Shown here in pieces: positions 10,186 through 19,814 of a stretch of 64,000 nucleotides of DNA (the stretch's first letter is position 1; each line of letters starts with the position of its first letter). Below the pieces are notes generated by a model. That model saw only the letters and a list, made by a program, of their open reading frames with translations. It ran no database searches and was not told the DNA's origin. This DNA comes from Diplonema japonicum (taxonomy: Eukaryota; Protista; Euglenozoa: Diplonemea), in the NCBI GenBank assembly GCA_964019335.1, contig OZ025653.1:744001-808000 (forward strand), written 5' to 3'. The translations under genes were made by a program, and so were the position numbers.

Positions 10186-12684
10186 CAAAAAAACTCGGAC
10201 ATTTTTCCGTCCGGGAGTTTTTCTGGGGAAAAGTCTTTTTTACGGAAGGGGGGTAGCAGCTCCTGCTTTTTTTCCCATACCACCATGTTTGCCTGGAAGG
10301 GCTTTGCAGACTCGTATGCAGAGCCAAAATGTTTACCCTGCGTGGCAGTTTGAATTTTTTTTCCCTCCCTTTCAATGCACCAACAAACAGCACCCACAGG
10401 ATCTTAACTTCAATCTCATAAACCCGTACTTCTTTCGTCAAATGACCAGTTCGACTACCAAGGCACGTTGAGCAACTGGCTTGTGAGGCACCCAACTTTG
10501 GTTGCTGACACTTCCGACCAGCTCACCCCCCGAGAGGTGGAGGAGATAAACTCCTTACACCGGGCCAAGAAGGCCAGAACAAACCCCCGAAAGCAGCTCC
10601 AGCTCCCGAAGGATACTAAAGCCCTTATTGGGCGATACGCTGCTACCCACGGCGTCGCGGCGGCCAGGTCGTGGTACCGCACGAAAGAGGGGGTGGAACT
10701 AGCAACGTCCAGTATTTCCGACTGGAAAAAAAACTTTGGAGGCTCTGTTGGGCCTGTTGCTGCCCCCTTTACCGTCGGTCGCAAACCTCTTCTGGCCGAG
10801 GCAGAGACTGCCAAGGTTTTTGCTTGGGTCGATAGGCAAAACGAACTTGGCGAGCCTATCTCAGCGCAACAAATATGCACCTATGCAGAAGGGCTGCTGC
10901 GCGCTAATCCAGCCCGAAAGACAGAGCTGGTAGACTTTGGTGGGGCACTGTCCTTTTCCACCAGCTGGGCTGACAAGCTTTGCAGCAGGAAAGGCTACAA
11001 AAGCCGCAGGCCCACCACCGGAAAACCTGGAAACGAGAAGGACAAAGAGAGGGCACGCTGTTTCGCCATGCAATTCAGGTCAATAATCGACACCCATAAA
11101 GTAAGGCCTGAATTGGTCTGGAATATGGACCAAACCTCCCTGCAGCTGTTGCCGTTGGGGTTAAAAACCAAAACGAAAAGGGGTGCAAAGGTCGTAAAAG
11201 TCCGTGGCTTGGGGGACAAACGGGCCATAACCGGACAGCTGGCTGTCTCCCTGGCTGGGGATAAGTTGCATCCGCAACTTATATACAAAGGCAGAACGGA
11301 ACCTGCAGCCGACAGGGTTTATCCAGGGTCCGTGCCCCGGGTCAAGCACCCGCCCGCCGAATGGAGCCTAACGGCATCGCCCAGTCATTGGGCTAATTAT
11401 GATTCACTCAGTATCTGGGTCAAAAAGCTGTTTCTTCCTTTTTGCAGTAAAACCATCGATTCTCATGGTTTTGCCCCGAACGAGTCGATTCTGCTGCTTG
11501 TCGATGACTACAACTGTCATTCGACCGATGAGTTTTTGGAGTTGTTCGAAGGCACAAACGTGCACATTGCTTTTGTCCCCCCTGGGCTCACCTACATGGT
11601 TCAACCGATGGATATTGGGTTGAACGCAGCTGTAAAAGCATCTATTAAGAACAGTTATAAAAAGTGGGCCACACGAAGGCTCGACAAGCTGATTGCCTCA
11701 GGGGCGGCGGCTGAATCATGGGAGGTGCCCTCTACTAGCTCGATTAAAGGGCCTCACTTGAGGTATGCCACGAGGCTTTTTCTTTTCCTGTTTTTTTCCT
11801 AGGTGGGTCGAAACAGCCTGGGATGCTGTCTCCGGCCAGTCGATCAGGAACAGCTGGGCTTCCTGTTTTGGCCACTACCTGGAACCCGGATGGAGCCCAA
11901 TTTGGGAGTTTTCGGTACTTGCTGCATACGCCGGTGTTGCGTGTGTGCTGGCTGTTGGAAAAACATGGGAGGAAGAGTGGGAAGAGGACTGGGGCTGGGA
12001 GGAGGTCTGGGAAGAGGAGGAAGACGAGTACTCCCTATATGCCAGGCTTGCCCAGGACATGGAGCATGGACGTGTGGAAGTCATCGACGTAGATGCATCT
12101 TCCGACACGACCACCGTGTCCGCCGCCTCGACGATAACCGAAGAAACCTTTTCCGTTTCTTCAGACTCGTCAGTGGAGATACTCCCCAGTCTCACCCAGC
12201 AACGGCTGGATGACGCTGCCGCCAGGAGGGCCGCCAAGAAGGCAACAGCTAAGCCTGCAAGAAAGAAGGCAGCAGCTAAGCCCACAGGCAAGAAGGCAGC
12301 AGCTAAGCCCGCAAGCAAGAAGGCAGCAGCTAAGCCCGCAGGCAAGAAGGCAGCGGCCAAACCCGGAGGCAAGGTAGCACAGTAGATAGCTCTACCCCCC
12401 CTTTTTTTTCTTTTCTTTTTGCCTTTTATCAATCAGTTTTATCTTGAGCTTTATGCCCACACGGTATCTTCTTCCAGGGATAATACGGACACGAAACACA
12501 TGACCCAGATACCCAGTGGTTTGGTGGCGGTTTCTTCGCGCGGTTGCCGTTTGCCAGGCCAGTATGTAGGTGGTAGTGGACCAGGCCCCCTGACAACCTT
12601 ACAGGAAAAACTCCCGGACGGAAAAACTCCCGGACACCAAAAAAACTCGGACATTTTTCCGTCCGGGAGTTTTTCGTTTTACAG
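10186..12684 (+). mobile_element. pogo-superfamily (DD35D, Passer/Fot-like) DNA transposon, left terminus truncated
   Basis: Right end ...GTTTTACAG followed by TA; the motif GAAAAACTCCCGGAC(GG) is repeated in both orientations at both ends (10186-10223, 12605-12675); encodes a transposase. Confidence 0.85.
10468..12385 (+). CDS. pogo transposase (HTH/CENP-B-like DNA-binding region + DDE_1 domain) with acidic and histone-H1-like tail; true start uncertain
   Basis: WNMDQT, LLVDDY and QPMDIG catalytic motifs with 35 residues between D2 and D3; a 40-nt GT-AG intron at 11763-11802 gives PHLR|WVETAWDAV...IRNSW; only intact plus-strand gene in the window. Confidence 0.85.
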
Positions 12685-13326
12685 TAAATAAAAAAAAGCG
12701 CAATCACTCAGTGAAGAAATGAAATCCACCATGATAGGTACTATAAGGTTCGCGAAGACCCGCCCAAGAAATGATTAAAAAAGGGGTGGGTTCTCCTCAT
12801 TTTATATAAGAATTTCTGAACGCTTGAAGCGTGGAAGGGAAAGGGTTGCAAGAGTGCAGCGAGCAGCCTTCACCCACGTCGCAACAAAGGGCTGAGCTAG
12901 CGACGACAGGGCCCTGTGCAGACGTATAGGAGAAGCAGTGACAACGATTGTCCTTAAGAATACTACGGTAGCGTTGCAGGCACGAATGGTGTTGAGCGAC
13001 GTTCGATAAAGGTTGGCATATGGCGGGATTTATGACAATGACAGCAGCTTGGCGCCGTCGAAAGTAAAGGTTCCGCATTGCCGCCGGTAATCAAGTAGTC
13101 ACTCCAAAGGAACTAAATGGATAAAACGTTTTTAAGGTATTGCAAACCACACGGCCGGATGAGTAGCACGGTCACGCGCCAGACACAAGAACACACAGTC
13201 ATGGTCATGTAAATTGCATCCTTTGGACAACGAGATAGATGGAACAATGTTAGAAAGCACTTGGTCAACTGCATGAGTGGTGGAGTCGACCAAGGGTGCC
13301 AAGGTGGGTTGTGGTGTGCCAGACGG

Positions 13327-14046
13327 TCATGCGGCTTGAGCGTGTGTTTCACGCAGGGCCGACAGTTTGGTGAGCTGCTGGCCTTCAGCGTTGAAGTTCG
13401 AGGGTTCAAGCCATGCCTTGAAGGCCCGCTGCATCGCAGGCCACTCGCTGTCGAGAATCGAGAACCACGCTGTATCACGGTTGCGCCCCTTGTAGACGAT
13501 GGCCTGGCGGAACACACCCTCCGCAGTGAACCCGAAACGCTCAGCAGCACGACATGATGGCTCGTTTAAGGAGTCACACTTCCACTCGTAGCGGCGGTAG
13601 CCCAGCTCGAACACGTGTGACATCATCAGGTACATGGCTTCCGTGGCTGCACGCGTGCGTTGCAAAAGCGGCGAGTAGGCAATGGAGCCCACTTCGACTG
13701 TGCCCTGTGCCTGGTTGATACGCATGTAGCTTGCGTAGCCAACTGCCTTTCCGGTGGCCAGGTCAATGATCGTGAAGAAGGGCTGTTCGAGCACACCGCT
13801 CTTCTCTGTGGCCCATTTCCGCATCGCCTCAAGTGTCATGAGTGGCTCCGAGTAATGGTATGTCCAGGTGGAGCCAGTCGGGTTGTGCATGAACGACTCG
13901 TACAGCTCGTCGGCATGTTCTGCAGCAAGCGGTTCCAAACGTGTGTAGAGTCCCATCATCCTCGTGCCACCGGGGTACAGGGCTTCCTTCCAATCCAGAA
14001 CCTCGTGCCCGATGGGTTGGCCGAACTCGTTCATACGTTGAGTCAT
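13327..14046 (-). CDS. GNAT acetyltransferase, RimJ/RimL (Acetyltransf_3) family, copy 1; intronless
   Basis: NEFGQPIG, VEVGSIAYSPLLQRTRAATEAMYL, GYRRYEWKCDSLNEPS, YKGRNRDTAWFSILDSEW family motifs. Confidence 0.92.
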   Translation of the reverse strand: MTQRMNEFGQPIGHEVLDWKEALYPGGTRMMGLYTRLEPLAAEHADELYESFMHNPTGSTWTYHYSEPLMTLEAMRKWATEKSGVLEQPFFTIIDLATGKAVGYASYMRINQAQGTVEVGSIAYSPLLQRTRAATEAMYLMMSHVFELGYRRYEWKCDSLNEPSCRAAERFGFTAEGVFRQAIVYKGRNRDTAWFSILDSEWPAMQRAFKAWLEPSNFNAEGQQLTKLSALRETHAQAA

Positions 14047-14317
14047 GTTTCCTGTTTAGTGTGAAGTATTATCTGTTGACTCATCCAATCTAGATACTTA
14101 AAATAAAACAACACAGAGCCACTAGCGCCCTGCGCGAGACTATCCATCGCCCGCTGTTCCTTTTCAGTGCAACTCAACCAAAATTGAATACATCGATGTA
14201 TTTCAGAGTGAGAGGGCACAGTAAATGAAAGGATGAGACGAGAGTCCTGCTGCAAAGGGACAAGAGAAAGGGATGGGAAGTGAGGGTTTCATTAATTAAA
14301 ACACTAAGGTTACATCG

Positions 14318-16597
14318 TTAGAGGTGGCTCTGTGACAGGCCGTGGTAATGGCGGAGGTGCTGTGCGGCAGCGACCATGTTTTTCAAGCTAGGAATAACTT
14401 CTTCCCATTTCCTTGTTTTTAGTCCGCAGTCTGGGTTGATCCACATGCTTGCTGGAGGTAGACCGCATGCACGGAAGGCGGCGGCGCCTCTTTCTGCCAT
14501 TTTAACCTTTGTGGGCACAACGGGGGAGTGTATGTCGTAGACGCCTGGGCCGAGGTCACGCTTGTAACCATAAGCAGCAAGGGCAGCGACCATCTCGCCG
14601 TCGCTCCTGGAGTTCTCTATGGTGAGCACATCAGCGTCCATCTCATCGATCTTGGAGATGATGTCTCCGAAGGCGGAGTAGCACATGTGCGTTACAATCA
14701 TGGTTTTAGGATCTGCACCGCATGTTGCAAGCCGGAAACAAGCCACAGCCCATTCCAAGTATTGTGGTCCTTCTTCTCCTTTCAGCGGCATCCGCTCTCT
14801 CAGCGCAGCCTCGTCAACCTGCAGGATTCGGCACCCGGCTCGTTCTAAGTCAGCCACCTCTTCTCTCACCGCAAGTGCAACCTCTGCGGCTTGCTGGGCC
14901 CGCGGTACCCCGACTCGGCAGAAAGACCAATTCACAATTGTCACCGGACCTGTAAGCATCCCTTTCACGGGTGTCTCGCCACTTTCCTGCTGACACATTT
15001 CAAACTCTTTCACTGTCATCGCAACGCCTTCCTTCCGCTTCACCTTGCCGTAGATCACAGGAGGCCGCACGTACCGTGACCCGTAGGACTGCACCCATCC
15101 GCGTCTTGTCACCAGCATCCCATCTAATTTCTCAGCGAAGTACTCCACCATGTCACTCCTCTCTGCCTCCCCGTGGACGAACACGTCCAGCCCAATCTCT
15201 TTCTGCACGTTCACTACACGCCGTACTTCTCTTTGCATCTCGTTGCTGTACTCCTCGTCAGTGATCTGTCCTTCCTTCCACCCCTTCCTCGCCCTTCGGA
15301 TTTCCGGTGTTTGCGGGAACGAGCCAATCGTCGTCGTCGGGAAGGGTGGGAGCCCCACTTGTTTCTTCCTCCGTACCGCATATGGCTGTGCCCGCTTCAG
15401 CATGTCCTCCTCTACAACAGCACCGGTCAGATTGTCCTCCCCTATCCATGTGCTGTCTGCGGCAGCAGTTTGCGTATCTGTGGCCACCAGTGCAAGTACC
15501 TCAAGTTTTTGCATTGCGAATGCCAGCTTGCTGCGCATCGCCTTTGAGATGTTGTCCCCTTCCAGCCCAAGGTCGTATGGTAAAAACATCAAAGAACAGG
15601 AAGGACTCACCACAAGTCTATCACAGTCTCGCACCACGTTCTTGATCCTTTGCAAAAGACCACGGACGGGTCCCTCGCACCTCCACACGTTGCGCCCGTC
15701 CACCACGCCGGCACCTAGTTCCTTCGTCTCTGGGAACCCCTCTGCTTCCAGTATCTTCACCATCTCTTCGTTCCTGCAGAAATCAAGCGTTACTCGCTTC
15801 ACTGGAAGCGCCACCAAGTAGCGGTACACCACACGGCTCACAGAGTCGAAGTGCACACACAGGTTGATTCCAGGACCTTCCCTTCCGAGCACCTCGTAGA
15901 TCTCTCGCACGAGGGAATGCATCTCAGCTTCCTCTGCTTCCCTGTACACTAGCCATGGCTCGTGGAACTGGACTTCTTTTACACCAAGCTTTCCGAGTTC
16001 TTGCAACAACGTCGCGTACAGTGGGGTGAGCTGCTTTGCAAGGGCACTAGCCCCGCTTGACTTTTCTTTGTGGTCGCACAGCATAGAGAGGGTAATGGGG
16101 CCCGTCACAATCGGTACCACTTGGTCCTTCCCTTTTGCTGTGGCGCGTGCTTCTTCGTGCGCAAGACGCACGAGTTCTAAGAATGAGTCGAAGTGTGCCG
16201 TCGGTCTCGTGTCCCCATCTACCTCGGGCACCATGTAGTGGTAGTTTGAGTCGAAGTACTTCGTCATGTCTAGCGCAGGAATGCCGTCCTTGCCGCGTGC
16301 TTGTGTAAAGTAAGAATCAAGCCCTTCTAGCCCTGCCTCACGTACTCTCCTGCATGTCAGCCCGAACCTCTCGCCCCAGTCGAGAATGTGGTCGTAAAGT
16401 GTGTGGTCGCCTACACCAATAAGGTCCACACCCGCACGCGCCTGTTCTCGAAAACTGTTCCGTGCCACTTCATTGCTTTTGTTTTTTAGTTCCCCCGCAG
16501 TAATCTTTCCTGCCCAATACTTTTCCAATGCAACCTTCATCTCTCTCTTTTGACCGATTCTCGGGAAGCCAAGAGTGCTGGTTCGCATTGTTGTCAT
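14318..16597 (-). CDS. metE: Cobalamin-independent methionine synthase (5-methyltetrahydropteroyltriglutamate-homocysteine methyltransferase); intronless
   Basis: LGFPRIG.KRE.K, KYFDSNYHY, PTTTIGSFPQT, HGEAERSDMVEYF, WVQSYGSR, Zn ligands THMCYS/E/NPDCGLKTR; 759 aa. Confidence 0.97.
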   Translation of the reverse strand: MTTMRTSTLGFPRIGQKREMKVALEKYWAGKITAGELKNKSNEVARNSFREQARAGVDLIGVGDHTLYDHILDWGERFGLTCRRVREAGLEGLDSYFTQARGKDGIPALDMTKYFDSNYHYMVPEVDGDTRPTAHFDSFLELVRLAHEEARATAKGKDQVVPIVTGPITLSMLCDHKEKSSGASALAKQLTPLYATLLQELGKLGVKEVQFHEPWLVYREAEEAEMHSLVREIYEVLGREGPGINLCVHFDSVSRVVYRYLVALPVKRVTLDFCRNEEMVKILEAEGFPETKELGAGVVDGRNVWRCEGPVRGLLQRIKNVVRDCDRLVVSPSCSLMFLPYDLGLEGDNISKAMRSKLAFAMQKLEVLALVATDTQTAAADSTWIGEDNLTGAVVEEDMLKRAQPYAVRRKKQVGLPPFPTTTIGSFPQTPEIRRARKGWKEGQITDEEYSNEMQREVRRVVNVQKEIGLDVFVHGEAERSDMVEYFAEKLDGMLVTRRGWVQSYGSRYVRPPVIYGKVKRKEGVAMTVKEFEMCQQESGETPVKGMLTGPVTIVNWSFCRVGVPRAQQAAEVALAVREEVADLERAGCRILQVDEAALRERMPLKGEEGPQYLEWAVACFRLATCGADPKTMIVTHMCYSAFGDIISKIDEMDADVLTIENSRSDGEMVAALAAYGYKRDLGPGVYDIHSPVVPTKVKMAERGAAAFRACGLPPASMWINPDCGLKTRKWEEVIPSLKNMVAAAQHLRHYHGLSQSHL

Positions 16598-16667
16598 ATT
16601 TTGTTTGACTCCCGTTTACTCCTGTTTATCGATGTGAACGAACGACACCTGACTTAGAAGGTGTTCC

Positions 16668-16733
16668 TCATCTGGGGAGTTTGGGTGTGCGTGCGGTTCC
16701 ATATCCGGAAGGGACGCGACCGTTAAACGCCCG
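16668..16733 (-). ncRNA. Single-hairpin AGA-box snoRNA candidate (module X); possible target is the U in LSU GGGUU-U-AGACCGU
   Basis: The conserved 66-nt unit ends at AGA+3; P1 GGGCGUUU/AAACUCCC, P2 GCGU/ACGC plus UUCC/GGAA; pocket ACGGUC and A(C)ACCC. Copies at 17769, 44516, 47276, 48230. Confidence 0.6.
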
Positions 16734-17632
16734 GAAATGCATTCCTCCAAAAAAGGGAAAGGTCAGTGATCTTGGTTGTATTGCGAATGGAAAAATAATC
16801 AACACACCACAGTGTTCATACGCCAGGTAAAGTTAAAGTGTGCATCATTCCGGTTATTCTGAATCCCCCACCCCACCCCAGTAACAAATGGGAAATATCT
16901 TATAATTTTGATGTAAGCTCAGTCCCGACACCTTGCTGCAATGTCGTCAGTGTTGAAGGTAAGTCTTTTCCCTTCAGTCAGGTGGCTCATGCTCTGCAGA
17001 ACTGAACCTGTTGTCTGTCATGTCAATCATTCGCTTTACTTCTTCTACCCTTATTTATCTGTCTGTTGTCTGGGCAGTGTTTTGACTGCAGTTGCCACCA
17101 AAGGCGTTAAGTCGATAACTAGCGACTGCAGCTTCGAGCACTGCCTGAGTGGAGGCTTGTAACTAGCACTGTATCAGTGAGTAGTAGTAGTGGTGTCCGC
17201 ATAAGGTATCTTCGGACATATGCTTGTTTTGTTGTTGTGTTGATCATCAGAGTGTGTGTCAGTGCCGCAATGCTCCCATCCCCATCCCCACCCCCCAGGA
17301 CAAACCAGTAAAGAGGTCAGTGATCTTGGTTGTATTGCGAATGGAAAAATAATCAACACACCACAGTGTTCATACGCCAGGTAAAGTTAAAGTGTGCATC
17401 ATTCCGGTTATTCTGAATCCCCCACCCCACCCCAGTAACAAATTGGGAAATATCTTTGATGCAAGCTCAGTCCCGACACCTTGCTGCAATGTCGTCAGTG
17501 TTGAAGGTAAGTCTTTTCCCTTCAGTCAGGTGGCTCATGCTCTGCAGAACTGAACCTATTGTCTGTCATGTCGATCATTCGCTTTACTCTTCTGGTTGTA
17601 ACAGGCAACGGGGAAAAAAAAAAGGGAGGGAA

Positions 17633-17729
17633 AGTGTTCAGACAGCCCGTCGTTTTTGTCACCAGAGGCAACACCGAAGTGAGCAGTAAGGCATCAGCTT
17701 GCAAATACGAACAGTTTCATCACCACACT
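17633..17729 (-). ncRNA. Box C/D snoRNA, dual guide: snR70/SNORD43-like (SSU Cm1639 equivalent) via D, and the C of LSU GCAAAUA via D'
   Basis: Perfect box C GUGAUGA (17717-17723), D CUGA (17638-17641), 5-bp terminal stem AGUGU/ACACU; D guide antisense to GCCCGUCGUU, D' guide antisense to GCAAAUA. Copies at 44380, 44796; disrupted copy 45266-45722. Confidence 0.85.
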
Positions 17730-18774
17730 ATCGAGGAAAAGGGCGGTACTCCTGTTGCAGGAAGCCAGACATCTGGGGAGTTTGGGTGTGCGTGCGGTTC
17801 CATATCCGGAAGGGACGCGACCGTTAAACGCCCGATGACATGTTCACGAGCTCATCACGAATGGAAGTAAAAAAGAAAAACGTGGCAAATGGTCAACATA
17901 GCACTGGAAACAAACCGGACCGGGGGCTCTTTGGTCCTCTCTATGAAGTAGGTTTGTTACCGTCACCTCTTACTGGGCTATTAGCATTGCAGGGAACATT
18001 GCTGATATGAGCAAAAGAGGCGGAAGCCGCGCTTGAAAATAATAAAAAAAAAAGAAAGAGTGATCTCGCAAGGAAAACAAAAAAAAAACAAAAGGGGAAA
18101 ATAAAACAGGGTAACCCGGCAGGGGTGGAGGAGACAAGTGTGCACCGCACATCGGCAGTGTTCCCAACGTGCCTAGAAATCCTCGAGCAAAGGACACATT
18201 GAGAGTGCATTTCGCAAAAGAGAAGTGAAAATAGGAAAGTACGTGAAGGTGGGGGTAGAGCCCAATCATGAAGCAAGCGTTTTTAGAGCAGTTGCCATCG
18301 GCTCATGCCGGGAGAGGGGTGTGTGTTAAAGCAGAGAATCAGAGCAATTCAACATTAAACATTAAGAATTAAAAAAAAGAATTAAAAATGGAGAAACAAG
18401 GGAAAAAAGAGTCGATACTTAAGCATTTATTAGCGCACACGATACAAATCCTGAGATAAGTACTGCATGCTACCACAACTCTTTTTTTTTTTTTTTTTTT
18501 TTTTGTTGTTCCTAAAAAAAAAAAGAAAAAAGAACAAGAAAAAGTGTGACAACCAACCTACAACAGCAAGATGTCCATAGTAGTGCGTGCTGGTGTTTTA
18601 AAGCAGAGGCAAGACGCACTCTGCTCCTATTCCGGCTGGCTTCTCGTTAGCGATATTTTGAAGAGAGGGAAAAAGAAAAGAAACAAGGACGCTAGCATGG
18701 CAACCATCTCATCTTGTGAACAAAAGAAACCAAGGTTCTTCTAAGAGGGATCCATCGGCCCCTCGGTTTTCTGC

Positions 18775-19515
18775 CTAAGCAACGTAGGAGAATCTGCAGA
18801 TGATGCGGTTGTCATAGTTCAGGTTAGGCCTCCAGATGAATTTCGCATCACCCCAGTCCACGGTCTGGGGGTCAAGGAAGTCTGGGGTACCCCATGGGTG
18901 GCCATCACCGGGCTTAGGCCCGATACCGAACCCAACCTGCTTGTCGGTGAACTCAGTGGCAGGCTGCCAGTAAGTGCAACTGGGGCAGTATTTGTGCTCC
19001 CATCCCTTGGGCATGTCGGTCAGAACTGAGCGGCATTCAGGGTATTGTTTGTTCCCAACCTTGCATTTCGGGGGGGTGAAGTGGTAGGATTCGTCGAAGT
19101 CGGGGATGCATCCTGGGACGCCGTTCGTGTTCAAAGGCCCGTAGAAGTAGGTGTGGCACTTCCACTGTGAGTTCGAAATAGTCCCGTCCGAGAACTTCGC
19201 CTTCAGCCCCCCGTCGCCCACGCACTTGTCATCGTACTCCATACCCGTCACGTCGTCGGAGAAGTCCTTCGCGTGGATAACGAAGGTCCTCCTTCCAGAT
19301 TTTGGTGCCTCGAAGTCGAAGGTCACACCCTGGTGCGGTGCAAACCCCACAGGGTCGGTCTTGACGAGCTTCCCGTTGAAGTAGAACTCGAACCAGTTGT
19401 CGGCGTAGATAGTGGCGTTCAACATCACCTTCTCACGACCGCAGTGCTTGTCGTGATGCCATGTGCCAGAAACAGCGGCCACACCGGCAAGCAGAAGAAG
19501 TCCTTTCTGCATCAT
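18775..19515 (-). CDS. Secreted protein resembling an uncharacterised marine-bacterial family (ADNWF...AKDF...GLEY...GDGG); intronless
   Basis: Signal peptide MMQKGLLLLAGVAAVSG; YADNWFEFYFNG, AKDFSDDVTGMEY, VGDGGL, WKC, AKFIW...DNRIICR. Confidence 0.75.
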   Translation of the reverse strand: MMQKGLLLLAGVAAVSGTWHHDKHCGREKVMLNATIYADNWFEFYFNGKLVKTDPVGFAPHQGVTFDFEAPKSGRRTFVIHAKDFSDDVTGMEYDDKCVGDGGLKAKFSDGTISNSQWKCHTYFYGPLNTNGVPGCIPDFDESYHFTPPKCKVGNKQYPECRSVLTDMPKGWEHKYCPSCTYWQPATEFTDKQVGFGIGPKPGDGHPWGTPDFLDPQTVDWGDAKFIWRPNLNYDNRIICRFSYVA

Positions 19516-19814
19516 GATGTACAGTTGAATAGCTGGGTTGTTGCTTGAAAAGGCGAAGAACGACAATGAACAAAAGCTGGGGGCAGGAAAGGGTTAAAAA
19601 AAAAAAAACATAAAAAAAATAAAAAAATAAAGCGGTTTAAACGCAAGCATCTGACCTAACACGGTAGATGCATTCGTACATTATATGGGAGGGCGTCTGT
19701 GCTCCTGGGGAGGAGAGGGCTGGTAACGAGTGTAAGGAAACGCAGACTACCCGCGGGAGGGGGGAGAGGGGGGGATACATGTTGGTACAAGTTGTATTAT
19801 GAGGGGCGTGCCTG

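Larger units (their letters stand above)
16668..17834 (-). ncRNA. snoRNA array 2 (AGA guide X x2, U24-like x2, orphan long C/D x2, snR46-like, snR74-like, snR70-like dual guide)
   Basis: Modules are identical or near-identical to those in the other arrays; lies directly upstream of metE. Confidence 0.85.

Noticed and set aside
14047-14060. Shine-Dalgarno-like AGGA before GNAT1, GNAT2 and metE
   Set aside because: The same ACAGG precedes ordinary host genes (e.g. those starting at 43864, 39310 and 1529) and is more simply the trans-splice acceptor
16598-16760. Cobalamin or SAM riboswitch upstream of metE
   Set aside because: No B12-box or SAM consensus is seen; the same sequence occurs upstream of GNAT2 and inside other arrays
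17712-17719. SLA1-like complementarity (GAAACUGU) to the spliced leader
   Set aside because: It overlaps box C of a C/D RNA, with no AGA hairpin around it
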